From the NCBI RefSeq assembly GCF_048593235.1, contig NC_133618.1:245917882-245981881 (forward strand): 64,000 nucleotides of DNA, written 5' to 3'. How positions within the stretch are numbered: the stretch's first letter is position 1; every line of letters begins with the position of its first letter. A program made the position numbers and the translations under genes. Under the pieces are notes generated by a model. That model saw only the letters and a list, made by a program, of their open reading frames with translations, made no database searches and was not told where the DNA came from. Positions 38,307 to 50,723 of the stretch are shown piece after piece. The DNA comes from Sminthopsis crassicaudata. Its lineage: Eukaryota.

Positions 38307-38799
38307 TAGTGTTCTCTTTTTCAGTTTTCTTGGGGTCTCTAGGATCAGCCTTCATTTCAGTTCAGTAATCACCACAAGTGCAACCACGTGTTAAAGTCCA
38401 AATCCTTTATAGTCTCTTTCAAAGTCTTGTCTCCTTTCCTGGGCCCTGGTTCTGAGAGCTTGAGCTCCTGCCACCAGTCCTTTGTCTTCTCTGCTTCTGC
38501 CTCTAGCTCTCTCTGAAACTAAGGGTTTGTGCTTCAGCCTCTAGCCACCACAAAGGTAGATGATGGAATGAATCTGTCTCAGCCTCCAAGAGGTTTTAGT
38601 GCACTTGTCTACTCTGGCCCTGAGAGCTTCTAGCTTATATGCTCTACATTGAGTATAAACCAATCATTATATCACTAGGAAACCATTATTTGTTGTAGGA
38701 TTAAATCAATGCTAAACTAGATTTAACCATTGTCTCCTCAATTCCACTTAGTAGTTTGTAAGCATCTTTGTTTCAAGTTCAGAGTTCTGGCCCATAACA
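38307..38799 (-). mobile_element. ERV long terminal repeat (dasyurid LTR1-like), 3' end lost in the gap
   Basis: Minus strand starts TGTTATGGGCCAGAACTCTGAACTTGAAACAAAG and carries a CCAAT-like ATTGG, a TATA-like GCATATAAG and a polyA-like CTATAAAG in LTR order. Confidence 0.8.
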
Positions 38800-39129
38800 G
38801 AAACATATATTCATAATTTTATTTCTGTACATTAGGTGTGTCTACAAATCTTATAATCAATGGAACTGGATCACTAGAAGGAACAATGACAAAACCAAAC
38901 TGGCATGTGACAAAAGCCATAGGAGTTTAAGGTTCAAATCCAGAAAAGAAATTTGTAATAATTTTCTTCAGCTTTGCAACTAACTGTTCTGGGATCTTTC
39001 CATCAGTTCTGATATGGGTCAAGATGGATTAGTGTTGGCTGATGCCAGGAGCTAAGAATATACTCTCAAACTTGGTGATTTTGCTGGGCTCCTAATTGGA
39101 GAAAATTCTAATTTTCCTTAAAGAATATA

Positions 39130-39335
39130 CAGCAAAAGTGGGAAACTTTTTTTTCTGCCATGGTCCATGTGGATATTTATAATAACATTTGTGGGCCATA
39201 CAAAATTATCAATTTATAGAACTTAAACAGTGAAAGATCGTTGTACCTAGCTTTCAGCTCATCATTGCCTGAAGTTGTCTTAGCAAAGTATTTCACTGGC
39301 CTATAATGCCCATGGGCTGGGATTTCCCCTCTTTT
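39130..39335 (+). mobile_element. Non-autonomous hAT element
   Basis: Degenerate TIRs cagcaaaagtgggaaac / gatttcccctc and internal tttctgccatggtccatgtggatatttataa...gggccatacaaaattatcaa, tataatgcccatgggctgg. Confidence 0.7.
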
Positions 39336-41067
39336 AATACATAGGTGAACCTTGATGTCACCTTTGAAATTCAGGAAATTCAGTCTGATATATATATATA
39401 TAAAATGAAAAGCTATTAGTGTACTCATTTTTTCTTTGATGAAATTATTTTAAATGAAATGATGCCAAAGAATTTTACAAGTTGCTAGAAAGTAACATCA
39501 GTGATTACTAAAATAAATTTCCTTTTTCAGTCACATGCTGAGGAGTCACTCATCCCCAAGATCTTGATTTTAGGGATCATGGAATCAAAAATTTAGAGTT
39601 GGGTGGAACCTTAAAGATTAAGTAGTCCTATTTTCTCATCCATCAATCAAATAGAAAATATCTGAAGTTAAGTGATGCAATAAATGATAGAATCAGAATT
39701 TTACCATAAGTCTTCTGACCCTAGAATTGGTACTCTTTTCATTGTACCATATTACCTTCTCACCTTTAAACCACATGGTCTTATAAAACTGGACATTCTG
39801 ATAACAAGAAATTTGTTCTTGCAAGAAGTGGCTTGACTATTAAAGCTAAAAATAAGTTTGATTTATTTTCTATTTTTCACTCCCCAGGACTTAACACAAC
39901 ACTTGCTAATTGGTTGATTAACTGGCCAGCATTCTAGAAATTTTTAGGCTTGGTAGGCCTGGGTTAAGACCTCACTTGGCTACTTATTGAGCTTCGGCAG
40001 GTCACGTGGATCTTTGGGTTCTCAGTTCCCTCATATGTAAAAATAAGAAAATTGGGCTAGATAAACTCTAATTATCCTTATAATTTTAAATCTATGATCC
40101 CCTGATAATGTGTCTTTCTTCTCCTGAACTGCTAGTGTGAAGCACATACAGCAATTCCTCTCCTTTCTAAAAGTGTTGTTCTCATCCCTTAATTCTAGAG
40201 GAGGAAGAGTACATACTATTTTGGAAGAAGTTTAGTGGTCCCTTCTGACAGTACTAGTCTATACTGTATCTTCTATGCATATCGCTCAGCTGCTCAGCAA
40301 GAAATGTTGGAGAGGAGTGGAGATTATTATCAAGAACTCAAAGAGGAAATGTTCACAGAAGATGTACTGGTAAAATCTGGAGATAGCAGAATTAGTGAAA
40401 TTTGCTTCAGATATTAGCTTCACACAAATAATTCAGACCTTACCATCAGAGGGTTAAAAAAAGTCAAATAATTGGATTTCCTCCATAATTAAATGCATCA
40501 AGAAACAAAGATACTCATGAGTCCATCAGTCAACCAGTAGAAGTTCTGCTGAGTTCGAGGGAATGTGAGGAGGGAGTGCATTGTGGGAATGGGAGACAAC
40601 CTGTACCATGGCATGGAGGTGAGAGGTGGAATGCTATGTGAAGAAGAACAAGAAGGCTGGTTCAATTGGTTCAAAGAAAATAAACAGCGAAATCTTCAAA
40701 TGATTTATCATGACATGGAGGTGAGATTAGAGTTCAAAGGCTACATCTGCTAAGAGCAAAGAGCAAAGATGGGGCATATTCATCCATCACTGGAAAAGCC
40801 ATGGGCACTGTCCTGGCAACAGAGACTTGGCTGCTTGAGGACCAACCTAGTGGGTTCTGGAGAAAATTTGTGCCAGCCAGTTGGCCACAAGATGGCAAAT
40901 GTATTCTATACTTTACATGAAGAATACATTTTCTGAATTTAATGCTTTTATATTTGTGTGAAATACTTTTATATACACTGTGTCGAAGTCTCAGGAATAG
41001 AAAACCTCCACTAATAGCTAACCAAGTAAGTTGCAATTGTTGCCTCAATAATATCTTTCCCTTTTAG

Positions 41068-41071
<4 letters not shown>

Positions 41072-41137
<66 letters not shown>
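41072..41137. repeat. Perfect (TA)n microsatellite, about 33 units
   Basis: Seen directly. Confidence 0.97.
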
Positions 41138-41138
<1 letters not shown>

Positions 41139-41223
41139 CCCCTGTAGATACTAGAAATAGAATCTACAGCTCAATAAGTAGACTAATTTGCATTTAATAG
41201 AGGTACAATTTACAGCAATGACT

Positions 41224-41237
41224 GTAACCATAGCAAC
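41224..41237. promoter_or_regulatory. RFX X-box motif
   Basis: GTAACCATAGCAAC fits the X-box consensus GTNRCCATRGYAAC at every position, in apparently unique sequence. Confidence 0.5.
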
Positions 41238-43314
41238 AGTGCCTATTATATTCCACAGAAATTAAAAATAGAAATCACCTAAAAACTCACTCAGTCCCTT
41301 TTCCAGGGACCAGTGCAGAATTACAATGCCATACACTTTGAGCACGTAATTTTGCATCACTAATCGTGCTCCCATCTCAGTCCCACAGAAGTTTATTATA
41401 CAGCAGGACATGATTTTAGGAGGATTTCCCTAATATGTTTCCATAATTGTTTGGAGTAATTCAAGATTCATAACAGTCAGGAGCCTGAACAATCATAGAA
41501 CAAAAGGCATTTCATGCCATAACAATTTATTTTTAAAACTGCAAATATTAGAACCCTAAAGTAATTCAAAATAAGTAGTAGGTCTGAGTCTATTTTGGAA
41601 AGGAATTTCTTCAAAGGGATTCTGGGGGCTTTTAAAAGGTACAAGAATGTTTTCACTTTTATGAAAACCTAGTTTTCAAATGTCACATTATTAAAAGAGG
41701 TATGTTGATAGCTCAATAAAATTATACATCTCTAAAGTCAAAAGTTGAGAGTTATAAGGTTAATAACGATCATGCATTTCAAAATAATTGACAAACCCTA
41801 TAAAAACTTCATGCACATCTTATTAAAAATAACAATGATAATGATTTGAGAGGTCAGCTCCTGGTTTGTTAGCAGTTATCTGAATTGATAGAGATATTGA
41901 AAGTGCTATAATATGAATTATATTAGCTGGTGTTTATTAGAGGAATTGTGGTGCTATGGGACATTCTAAACCATTTTTAACACAGGCACTATTTGTTTAG
42001 TCTTGGTGATAGAAAGGAGGAGTAAATTTAAAATCTTATTAGCTTTGTACTGCTAGCATTTAAATTGCTGCTGAGTTGAATATATTTCAGAAGAGCTCCC
42101 TGTTGCTTTGGCTATTGGCACAGGGAAGGTGTACACAGTTTTGGTATGAGTTGGCAGGAGTGATATGCAAGTGAGTGTTGGCAGATCTTTAGGAAGCTGT
42201 AGAATAACGTTCAAGGTGGAGGAAAGCTCTACGGGAGCTGTCTCTTCTTGTTAGTCTACTACAAATTAGCTAGCTGACTAAAGGAAATAATAATGGATGA
42301 TAGAAGGGAAAATTGAGACTTAGAGCTTCCTAATATTCTATTTTTATACGTACCATTGCACTGAATTCAAGTACTCCGATGGGCAATTAACATGATGAAG
42401 CAAGCATAATATACTGAAAAGTGCAATGGATTTGGATTCAGAGCTGGTTTCTAATTCAAGCCCTACAACTTGTTTGCTATATGTATGACCTTGGATAGAC
42501 CTCTGGCCTTGGTTTTCTCATTTATAAATTAAGAAGGCTTACTAGTTGGTTACCTCTAGATCTGATACCAAGAATCTTTTCCTCGTTCAATAGTGGATGC
42601 CAGACCATGGGGTGGGACTAGAGTGGGAGAGAGGAGATTCTTATTGTTCTTCTTGATCACTAGGGGTTAAGCCATGGACAGAAAGAGAGCTAATATATTC
42701 CTCTGCATAATTTTATTTCAGAAACAACTGAAAGAGCTCTCTGGACTAAAAAAAAATCACTTACTTGAACCTTCTGATATTTGATCGAAGAGGAGATAAA
42801 GCCTTGTTGTCCAAAAAGAAAGATGAAATTTAAAAGGCAGAATCCTCCTCTATGCCCCAATGCAGAACTTATATTCACATCCAGATATAAATGAAATGCT
42901 ATAATCTCCCTTCATTAAGAGCAGATTTACATTTTGGAAATGTATTGGAGACAAGGCTTGGATTTCTGAAAGTAGGAAGAGAAGAAAGTGCCATAGAGAG
43001 GAAAAAAGAAACAGAAATGGGAGTCTAGGGACACTCAAGACAAGTTTCACCATTTTGCCTTGGGTAAGTACTACTCTGCAGTCAGTAGAAATTCTGTTGC
43101 TTCCCTCCCCAAATATAAGTTTCTAAAATGCCTTTTATCCTTCCCCTCCCAGATTATAGATAGAAATCAGTATCCCACACTCTATTCCCCCCATGCTGAA
43201 AGGGTATATACCAGGAGACTATCATTCCTGAAACTGGGAGGACATTTGGGGGAAAAGATTTTTTTAATAATAATGAACCTTCACATTTGCTCAATGCCTT
43301 ATGGCCTTCAATCA

Positions 43315-43589
43315 TTTGCATTTTGTTTTCTTTCTCAGTTTTTCTTTTTCTTTCTTTTTGATTTTATTTTCCTTGTGCAGCAAGATAATTGTATAATTAT
43401 GTATACATATATTGGATTTAACATGTATTTTAGCATATTTAACATGTATTGGACTAACTGCCAGCTAGAGGAGGGGGTTGGGAAAGGAGGGGAAAATTTG
43501 GAACAAAAGGTTTTGCAAGAGTCAATGTTGGAAAAATTATCAATGCATATGTTTTGTAAATAAAAAGCTTTAATAAAAAATTTAAAAAA
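43315..43589 (+). mobile_element. 5'-truncated L1 3' end
   Basis: cttgtgcagcaagataattg...gcatatgttttgtaaataaaaagctttaataaaaaa. Confidence 0.88.
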
Positions 43590-45193
43590 CCAAACTTATT
43601 TGTATGCATATGGTATTCCTACCTTTCTCTCAGTGGATTGTAAGTGTCTTGAGGACAGAGATTTCTATTGTTTAATGTATCTTGCATGTAATCTGTGCTC
43701 AATACATGACTTTTGAAATGATTTGAATCAAGGCTTCCTTTGGGCAATGAGGTTTATCCTTACTTTTAGATGGAGAAACTGAAGCAAAAAAGAATCTGCC
43801 CACATTTTCTGAGTTTTAAACCAGTGATATTTTCTCCGAATTATCCTGTCTCAGATTATTCTTTACTCCTGTGGAATAACCATCTCCAATAACATATTGA
43901 GTACCTACCATATTCAGGGTACTTTGTTAAGTGAGCAATGAATTATGGGATGTGCATCCCTCAATAGGAAAGGAAACATCAATTTTTATACTCTGAAAAC
44001 CATAAACAGAGCTAAAATCTAGGTGGACACACATCAAGCAGGTTCAGTGCTTGTTTTAACAGATTTGAAAGATCAATTTTAATTTAATTCAACAACAATT
44101 TACTAAGTGCCTACTTTGTGCCAGCTACTTTAGAGGTGGAATCAAGAAATAGTTACCAACTAAGTTCCTCTACAAATCCAAGAATTACAAAGATTTCAAA
44201 GTGAATTGAAAACCCCATGTATGACTTTACTAAAATTTTTAATTTCCTATTCTTTTTGTTGCAATGTCTTATTTAATTTATTTTTTTCTGACTGCTAGCA
44301 CCATAAGTGTATGAATAATTGGAGACAAAGATCCCTACTCTCAACCTCTAGAATGAGAGCAGTTCAAAGGAATTTAATGGCAAAAGAAACAAAATTTCTT
44401 ATTCTTAAAGACATGTTCAGTGTCAAAAGGTGCCTGAAAACACTAAATTTTTAAATAGATTGGCAATGCTTATTTTGGAATAGCATTATAATTACATGCT
44501 CCTTCTCTCTTCCCCAGAAGTCAATAGAAGTAGGATAATTCTATCCCCGGTAATCTGAATCATTCTTTAACAATAGCCTTTTAAAATGTCTACAAAAGTA
44601 TTATCATTGACTAAAAAGAAAATACAAGTTATTCTTAAGGATTTTTAGTCTTTTAGGAAACACAGGAATTCTGAAGAATTATACCAGGAGGGAAAAAAAA
44701 ACAGCATCCTCTATTCATATAAAACTTTATACTTTTCAATATTTCCCCACATCAATTAGCTGTCTTTAAGGAAATGATTTAATTTATTGTCAAGTTATTT
44801 TAATATACTATTCATGCAGATTGTCCAATTTGATACTTAATATAGAAAAATGTGAGCCATAACATTTACTTCCTAAGGGATATAAATTATTTATTTAACA
44901 GATTAGAATCCAGGCCTTCTAATCCCTGGGCATCTTTATATTTCTATAGACTTCCTTTAGTTTTAAAAGTTGTGAGATTAATTTCTCTGATTTGACTGTT
45001 AAGAACATAATCAGAGTAGCTAAGGAACTATTGTTAGGAAGGATAATTACATAATTCATGGACTTTTTTTTAATTTTCAAATTTCTGTTCCTAAAATTGG
45101 CTTCCTAAAATTGGAGCCTTGAGAGATTGGAAGGTAAAAGGCAGCTCTAGTGTGACTGTGTTCAGGAAAGCCTAGGGCTTTCAGTGTTATGAG

Positions 45194-45400
45194 GTTGTTG
45201 TTTGTCCTTTGTTCTTAAAGAAGAGCATGACATCAGGAAGGTGATGTCATAATTTGGAAGTCAACTGTATTTAAGTGAAGAACAGTTTTGTAAAATCCCT
45301 TGTCTCACTCTTTCCACTGGAGCCATTTGAGTATAGTGACAGATAGAGATCAGGATGACTAGAGATGACCTAGATTCAGAAACCCTAAGGGTTTCTGATC
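45194..45400 (-). mobile_element. WALLSI-like SINE, partial
   Basis: gttgttgtttgtcctttgttcttaaagaagagcatgacatcaggaaggtgatgtcat...agatcaggatgactagagatgacc. Confidence 0.75.
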
Positions 45401-45457
45401 ATTGGGTCAGTTAGGATTGTACATAGGTAGATAATGCAGGAAATTAGTTAATTTTGA

Positions 45458-46097
45458 TGTGATGGTATAAAAAGAAAGATGATCTTACTCTCTCTTACTC
45501 CTGTTCCTTTTGTCTCCCTCATCTTCCTACAAAGATCTGAGAGGCAGAAGGGACTTTGGAATCCCAGTCAAGATGAGTCAAAATCAGAGCCTCAATGGCT
45601 CCTGAATCATCTAGCTCCCTACAACTGATGCTCTGTCCTCCCTGTATTCCCTCACCCTGACTAATACACAAATATTCCGTAGACAACAGATTGCTTGTTT
45701 CAGGATGGAGGGAAGGTTCTGGGATGAGTTTCCAGGAATATCTAGGGGAAGCCTGAGATTGGGGGGTAAGAGCCAGTCTGGGATTTAGCCCCCTGGCATA
45801 GGAGCCTGAATGCTCTGAAAGAAGTGGGAGGTCTGTCGTGATACGGGAGCCACCTGCCAGTGGCTGCTGGAGGTCTAACTCAGACCTGTAGAATGGATTT
45901 CTTCATGTGAGAGGATGTTGATGATACAAGGAGACTAAGAGGCAGTTGCTGTTCGCTGACCTCTCCACTGAAAGGCAGTTTCATTGTCTGACCTCTCTCT
46001 TTTTCCCTCTGCCTCAATTTATTTCATTCACAGTCCACAAGCAACACCTGTGTCAGTAAAGGCTGCTTTGCAATTCCTTCAGATATTATGACTTACA
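45458..46097 (+). mobile_element. Probable old ERV LTR
   Basis: TG...CA bounded segment of higher GC, containing tgtgagaggatgttg...ggcagttgctgttcgctgacctctccactga as in recalled marsupial LTRs. No TSD found. Confidence 0.45.
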
Positions 46098-46564
46098 GCT
46101 GTGGAGGATCTAGGAGAATTGACCTTCCCCTTCATCTACGCATGGTCCTTAACAGGGGTCAAGTCAGAGAAGCAGGGGGCCTGGGTAAAGGAAATGACAC
46201 AAGTGCCAACAGCATTTCAAGTGGGCAGCTGGACCTGGAAAAACAAGATGACTATGTCCTGAGGTCTAAGTAGAAAGTAGGAAGGACTCTTGTGATTCTC
46301 TTCAAGGCTGGGGTTCAGTCTGAGATCTGATAGGGAAGAGTCCAAGGAACAGATAGAAGGGCCAGGCAAGAACTTTGGTTCCTGCATCTCAAGTGATCTC
46401 CTGGAAGCAGAAAGACAGAAATCATCATCATGCCAACTGATTCATATTTTGGTACTCAACACCTTCTCAACTCTCTCAGTTGCCTCTCCCCTCTGAAGAA
46501 CTGGAGGATTGAACACTGAACTACTTCCAAAGTCATTTAAAAAAAAAGACTCAGCAAAAAAGGG

Positions 46565-47023
46565 CCCAGAGACTTACATGAACTGATGTTAAGTGAATTG
46601 AGTAGAATTAAGAGAATACTATTCACAGCAATAGCAAGATTATGTGATATTGGAGTTGGCTATTTTCAACAATGATGTGATTCAAGGCAATTGCAGTAGA
46701 CTTGTGATGGAGAGAATCATTCTCATCCAGAGAGAGGACTGTAAGGATTGAATGCAAATCAAAACATAGTATTTTCACCTTTTTTGTTATTTGCTCACTT
46801 TTTTTCCTTTCTTATTTCTTTTTCCTTTTTGATTTTATTTTTCTTGTGCAGGATGATAAAGCAGCATGATAAATGTGGAAATATGTGTAGAAAAATTGCA
46901 AGTTTAACATATATATTGGATTACTTGCTGTCTAAGGGAAGAGGTAGAGGGAAGGGAGGGAGAAACATTTGGAACACAAGGTTTTGTAAGGGTAAATGTT
47001 TGAAAAAATTATTAAAAAAATAA
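46565..47023 (+). mobile_element. 5'-truncated L1 3' end
   Basis: gagacttacatgaactgatgttaagtgaa...gcaagattatgtgat...catccagagagaggactgt...ggaacacaaggttttgtaaggg plus A tail. Confidence 0.88.
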
Positions 47024-48248
47024 AATGTCTCAGAACTTCCAAAACTTTCTAAGTATCAAAAATTCTTGCTTTACAATTAGGCAAATTCAATTTTATATAA
47101 AAGATTCTGAAATAAATCTTCATTCTAAAAAAAATTACCTATTTTAACTTTACTGTACAGTACTGTGCTCTTTTTCTCTGCTCCCACCATTTCGCTCTCC
47201 TTCCCCAACCAAAAAAGTTCCACATTTAAAGAAACACAATAACCTTCCAAGAGAAAGCAGAAAAGATACCACTGAGGTTAGATGAGGTCTTGTTTGAGAC
47301 CTCTGATGCCAAGAGGAGACCTTTGTCCCACTCTGTCTTTTTGCCCTTATGTCTAGCCCCACATACCTGTCCCACAATTCTTTTTTTTTTCACATCAACA
47401 GAATTTTTATTCAGGTTCTAAGAGCTTCCAGTCCAAGTATAAGATTTCATATTTTAATGATGAAAAAGACCAAAAAATATTGATGTAAAAAGTGCTTTCA
47501 ATACAGGAATAAATATCTGCTGTAAGCAAGTAAACACTTGTATTACAATTTACTTATTCTTCCTTTCTATTCTGATCAGGTCTCCACATGGCTGACCTTG
47601 CTCTTGCCTGAATTCCCTCCTTCTCTTTCTTCTCTGGCCTTAGTCACCAATTATATTTGAATAATGTTCCAGCTCCCTTCCTCTACAGGCACATGGCCCT
47701 CTTCTTGTCCCTTCCCTTCCCCACTTCTGTGGGAAAATTCAAATGACATAAAAATCCTTTACATAGAAATCTGTAGAGTAATCTATTTATAATAAAACAT
47801 AAACTGTCTGTATTCTGTTTTCTACCAGCAGCTCTGCTTTGTTTTGACACTATGGAGAAGATAGGCAATCCTCTCTACTTTTCAGCTTCCTTTTCTCTGT
47901 TGTCTTCTCCCAGTAGATTGCAAGCTTCTTGAGGGCAGGGACTATGCTTCTTATTTGTATGCTCTGTGGTTAGTATGGTGCTTGGCACATATTAGGCTCT
48001 TAAAAATATTTCCTGAACTGTAGAGCTATAATCAAATTCAGTCTAGTGGTGTTTATCATGTCTCTATCAAATAAATTCAATTACCATTTTTAAAGGAGTT
48101 GTTGAAGGTGAGAGAGTGCATGTATTAGAATAGATAGCATTCTCTAAATCAGAAACATATGGTTTCAAATCCTGCCCTTAATGCCTACTAATTGTTTGAC
48201 CCTGGGCAGGTCAACCTTACCTGTCAGTGCTTTAAGAAACTCTTTAAG

Positions 48249-48609
48249 CAGTTATAAACTAAACCAGCTATGCCCAGCAAAAGAACTCTAGGAGATGATT
48301 ATGAACCACTACATAGAATTTCCAGTCCCTCTAATTTTGTCCGCCTGCATTTTGGATTTCCTTCACGGGCTAATTGTACATCTTTTCAAAGTCCAATTCT
48401 TTTTGTACAGCAAAACAACTGTTTGGACATGTATAAATATATTGTATTTAATTTATACTCTAACATATTTAACATGTATTGGTCAACCTGCCATCTTGGG
48501 GGGGGGGGAAGAAGGGGAAAAATTAGAACAAAAGGTTTGGCAATTGTCAATGATGTAAAATTACCCATGCACATATCTGGCAAATAAAAACTATTAAAAT
48601 ATATAAAAA
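48249..48609 (+). mobile_element. 5'-truncated L1 3' end, nested in a marsupial MIR variant
   Basis: gatttccttcacgggctaattgtaca...ttacccatgcacatatctggcaaataaaaactattaaaa. TSD aagaaactctttaag (48234-48248) / aagaaactctctaag (48610-48624). Confidence 0.9.
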
Positions 48610-48949
48610 AAGAAACTCTCTAAGACTTGCAGAGCAAATGCCAGTATAAATAGATTATCTTCATTATAGGAAGTGGAATTGGGAAGAAATGGAAGGAGTG
48701 AGAAAATATTAAATGCCTACTATGTGCAGGCTTTATACTGAGTGCTTTATAAATATCTCATTTGTTATTCACAATAATCCTGGAAGAAATGTGTCTCATT
48801 TATAATTGAGGAAACTGAGGCAGAGAGAGACTAATGCCTTGTTTAGGGTCATTTACTCAGTTTGTAAATGTCTGAGGCCAGATCTGAACTTAGGTTTTCC
48901 TGAATTCAGGCTGAGCTCTCTATCTACTATATCTCCAAAATTGCCATTA

Positions 48950-50050
48950 TAGCATTATGTTAGGTACTGGGGATAGAAAGAGAAAAAGGTTTCTTGTAGG
49001 AGATGATACCCCATCTGTGCCTTGAAAAAAGCTAAGAATATATGAGGTGAGAATGAGAAGAGAATTCATTTCTAGTAGGAGGTAGCCCCTTACAAAGAAT
49101 ATAGAAGTAGAAAAGGAATGCTGAGCCACGGGAAGAGAAAGTAGGTTAGTTTGTTTAGAAAGTAGCTTATATAAGGGGAAACAAAGAGAAAAAAATTAGG
49201 TCTTGAATGAAGTCAGATTATTGCTCAATTGTTTTCAGTCATGTCTGACTCTTTGTGACCCCATTTGGGATTTTCTTAGCAAAGACAGTAGAGTGGTTTG
49301 CAATTTCCTTCTCCAGCTCATTTTATAGATGAGGAACTGATGCTGAGTGAAGTGATTTGCCCAGCATGACACAGCTAGTAAAATGAGTCTTCCTGACTTC
49401 AGGCCTGTCATTCCAATTACTATACCACCTAGCTGCCCTGCAGTCAGATTATAAAGGAATTTAAATTCCAAGTGGAGGAGTATATATGTTTTCATAGAGA
49501 CAATGGGGAGCTACTGAAGATTTTTAGAGGAGTTAAGTGGTCAGAATTGTGCTGTAGGAAGATTATTTTGATAGTTGAGTGAAGAATGGATTGAAAAGGG
49601 GAAGATACTGGAATCTTTCCATACTTAACTTGGAAATTAAGTTGATAACCACTGCAATAATCTAGGAGAGATAGTGAGAGCCTGGACTGGGGTGGTACTA
49701 ATATGAGGAGACAAAAAGAGAAAGATTCAAAATAAGTTATGAAGGTAAAATCAGTAGGATCTTTCCGCTGATTATATAGTATTATGAACTTGGATAACTC
49801 TAAGAAATGAGGTGCCCTCAACAGATATAGATAAGTTTGAGGGAGGGAAATTAATGAGTCCCATTTAAATATGTTGTATATGTGATGCTCTTTGGACATC
49901 CAGATGGTGATGTCCTCAAGTTTTGATGTTTCAAGACTGGAGCTCAGAAGCCAAAGGCTGGGTATAAAGATTTGAAAGTCATCTATTAAAGATAATAATT
50001 AAAACCATAGGAGTTAATGAGACCATGAGAGGATATAGAAAAACAGAACC
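48950..50050 (-). mobile_element. L2 fragment, interrupted by a MAR1-like SINE
   Basis: Antisense L2 hallmarks: gacaatggggagctactgaagatttt, ctgtaggaagattattttgatagttgagtgaagaatggattg, ggacatccagatgg, atgagaccatgagagg. Confidence 0.75.
49222..49441 (-). mobile_element. MAR1-like SINE nested in L2
   Basis: gttttcagtcatgtctgactctttgtgaccccatttggg...accacctagctgccc. Perfect 11-bp TSD agtcagattat (49211-49221 / 49442-49452). Confidence 0.88.
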
Positions 50051-50477
50051 CTAACAAATACAAATCTAAAGGCTGAACAAAGTATATTATATAGTTCAGA
50101 ATGAGATAAACCTGAATGTTTTTTAAAATGGGATACTCATTCAACATTGGATCCTAGAGAAGGAATTCATTTTTCTCAATCTTTACAAATACATGTATGT
50201 ATAAAAATATGTACATATATCATATAAGTGATATGATTTGCTCATGTATATACATATATGTTTATATATGTATATTTGCCTATGTATATAAAAGATACTG
50301 AATTTCTTCCCCCAACTCAGGCCTGGATAGATACCTGATAATTTTATGAAAAATAAGGTAAGAAGTGAGGTAGAAAAAAGGAGTGACATAGATGAGTTTT
50401 TGTTGCACTCAGTTTTTTCTCTCTCTCAATCCTCTACAATTTACTTAGAAACGTGAGATATTTCTCTTGGCTTTCAC

Positions 50478-50723
50478 CAAGTGGTATGCTGGTAAATGTT
50501 TAACAATTGACCCTCCACAAAAACAAATATATCCTGGACATACTTTTAAATTCAATCTGCATTATTAAAATTTTTCTCCATCATTTTCTTAAGTCTAGAT
50601 AATAAAATGATAAACCAATCTTTGATTTGTAGCATTTGCTGATTTCAGAGGTATAATGCTTACACAGGAAATTTAACAGTTGGCTCTCATGAAATGATTT
50701 TAGCTGACTCTAGCATATCCCTG
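50478..50723 (+). mobile_element. Non-autonomous hAT (Tip100-like) element
   Basis: TIRs caagtggtatgctgg / ctagcatatccctg (consensus cagtggtgtgctgg). Internal ggtaaatgtttaacaa, ttcttaagtctaga, tttgtagcatttgctgatttc. Confidence 0.75.

Noticed and set aside
37643-38368. Long track ORFs (241 and 221 aa); also ORFs at 7157-7435 and 12718-13002
   Set aside because: They consist mostly of X from assembly N-runs.
40734-41048. 104-aa minus ORF near the X-box
   Set aside because: TTG start, no recognisable domain, and its 3' end abuts L2 sequence.
43060-43563. 167-aa ORF
   Set aside because: Its 3' half is L1 3'UTR sequence, and similar pseudo-peptides recur at 2391-2789, 46748-47023, 48270-48587 and 61299-61523.
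49492-49899. 135-aa minus ORF
   Set aside because: Lies in L2; low-complexity Leu/Ser/Phe content, no recognisable intact domain.
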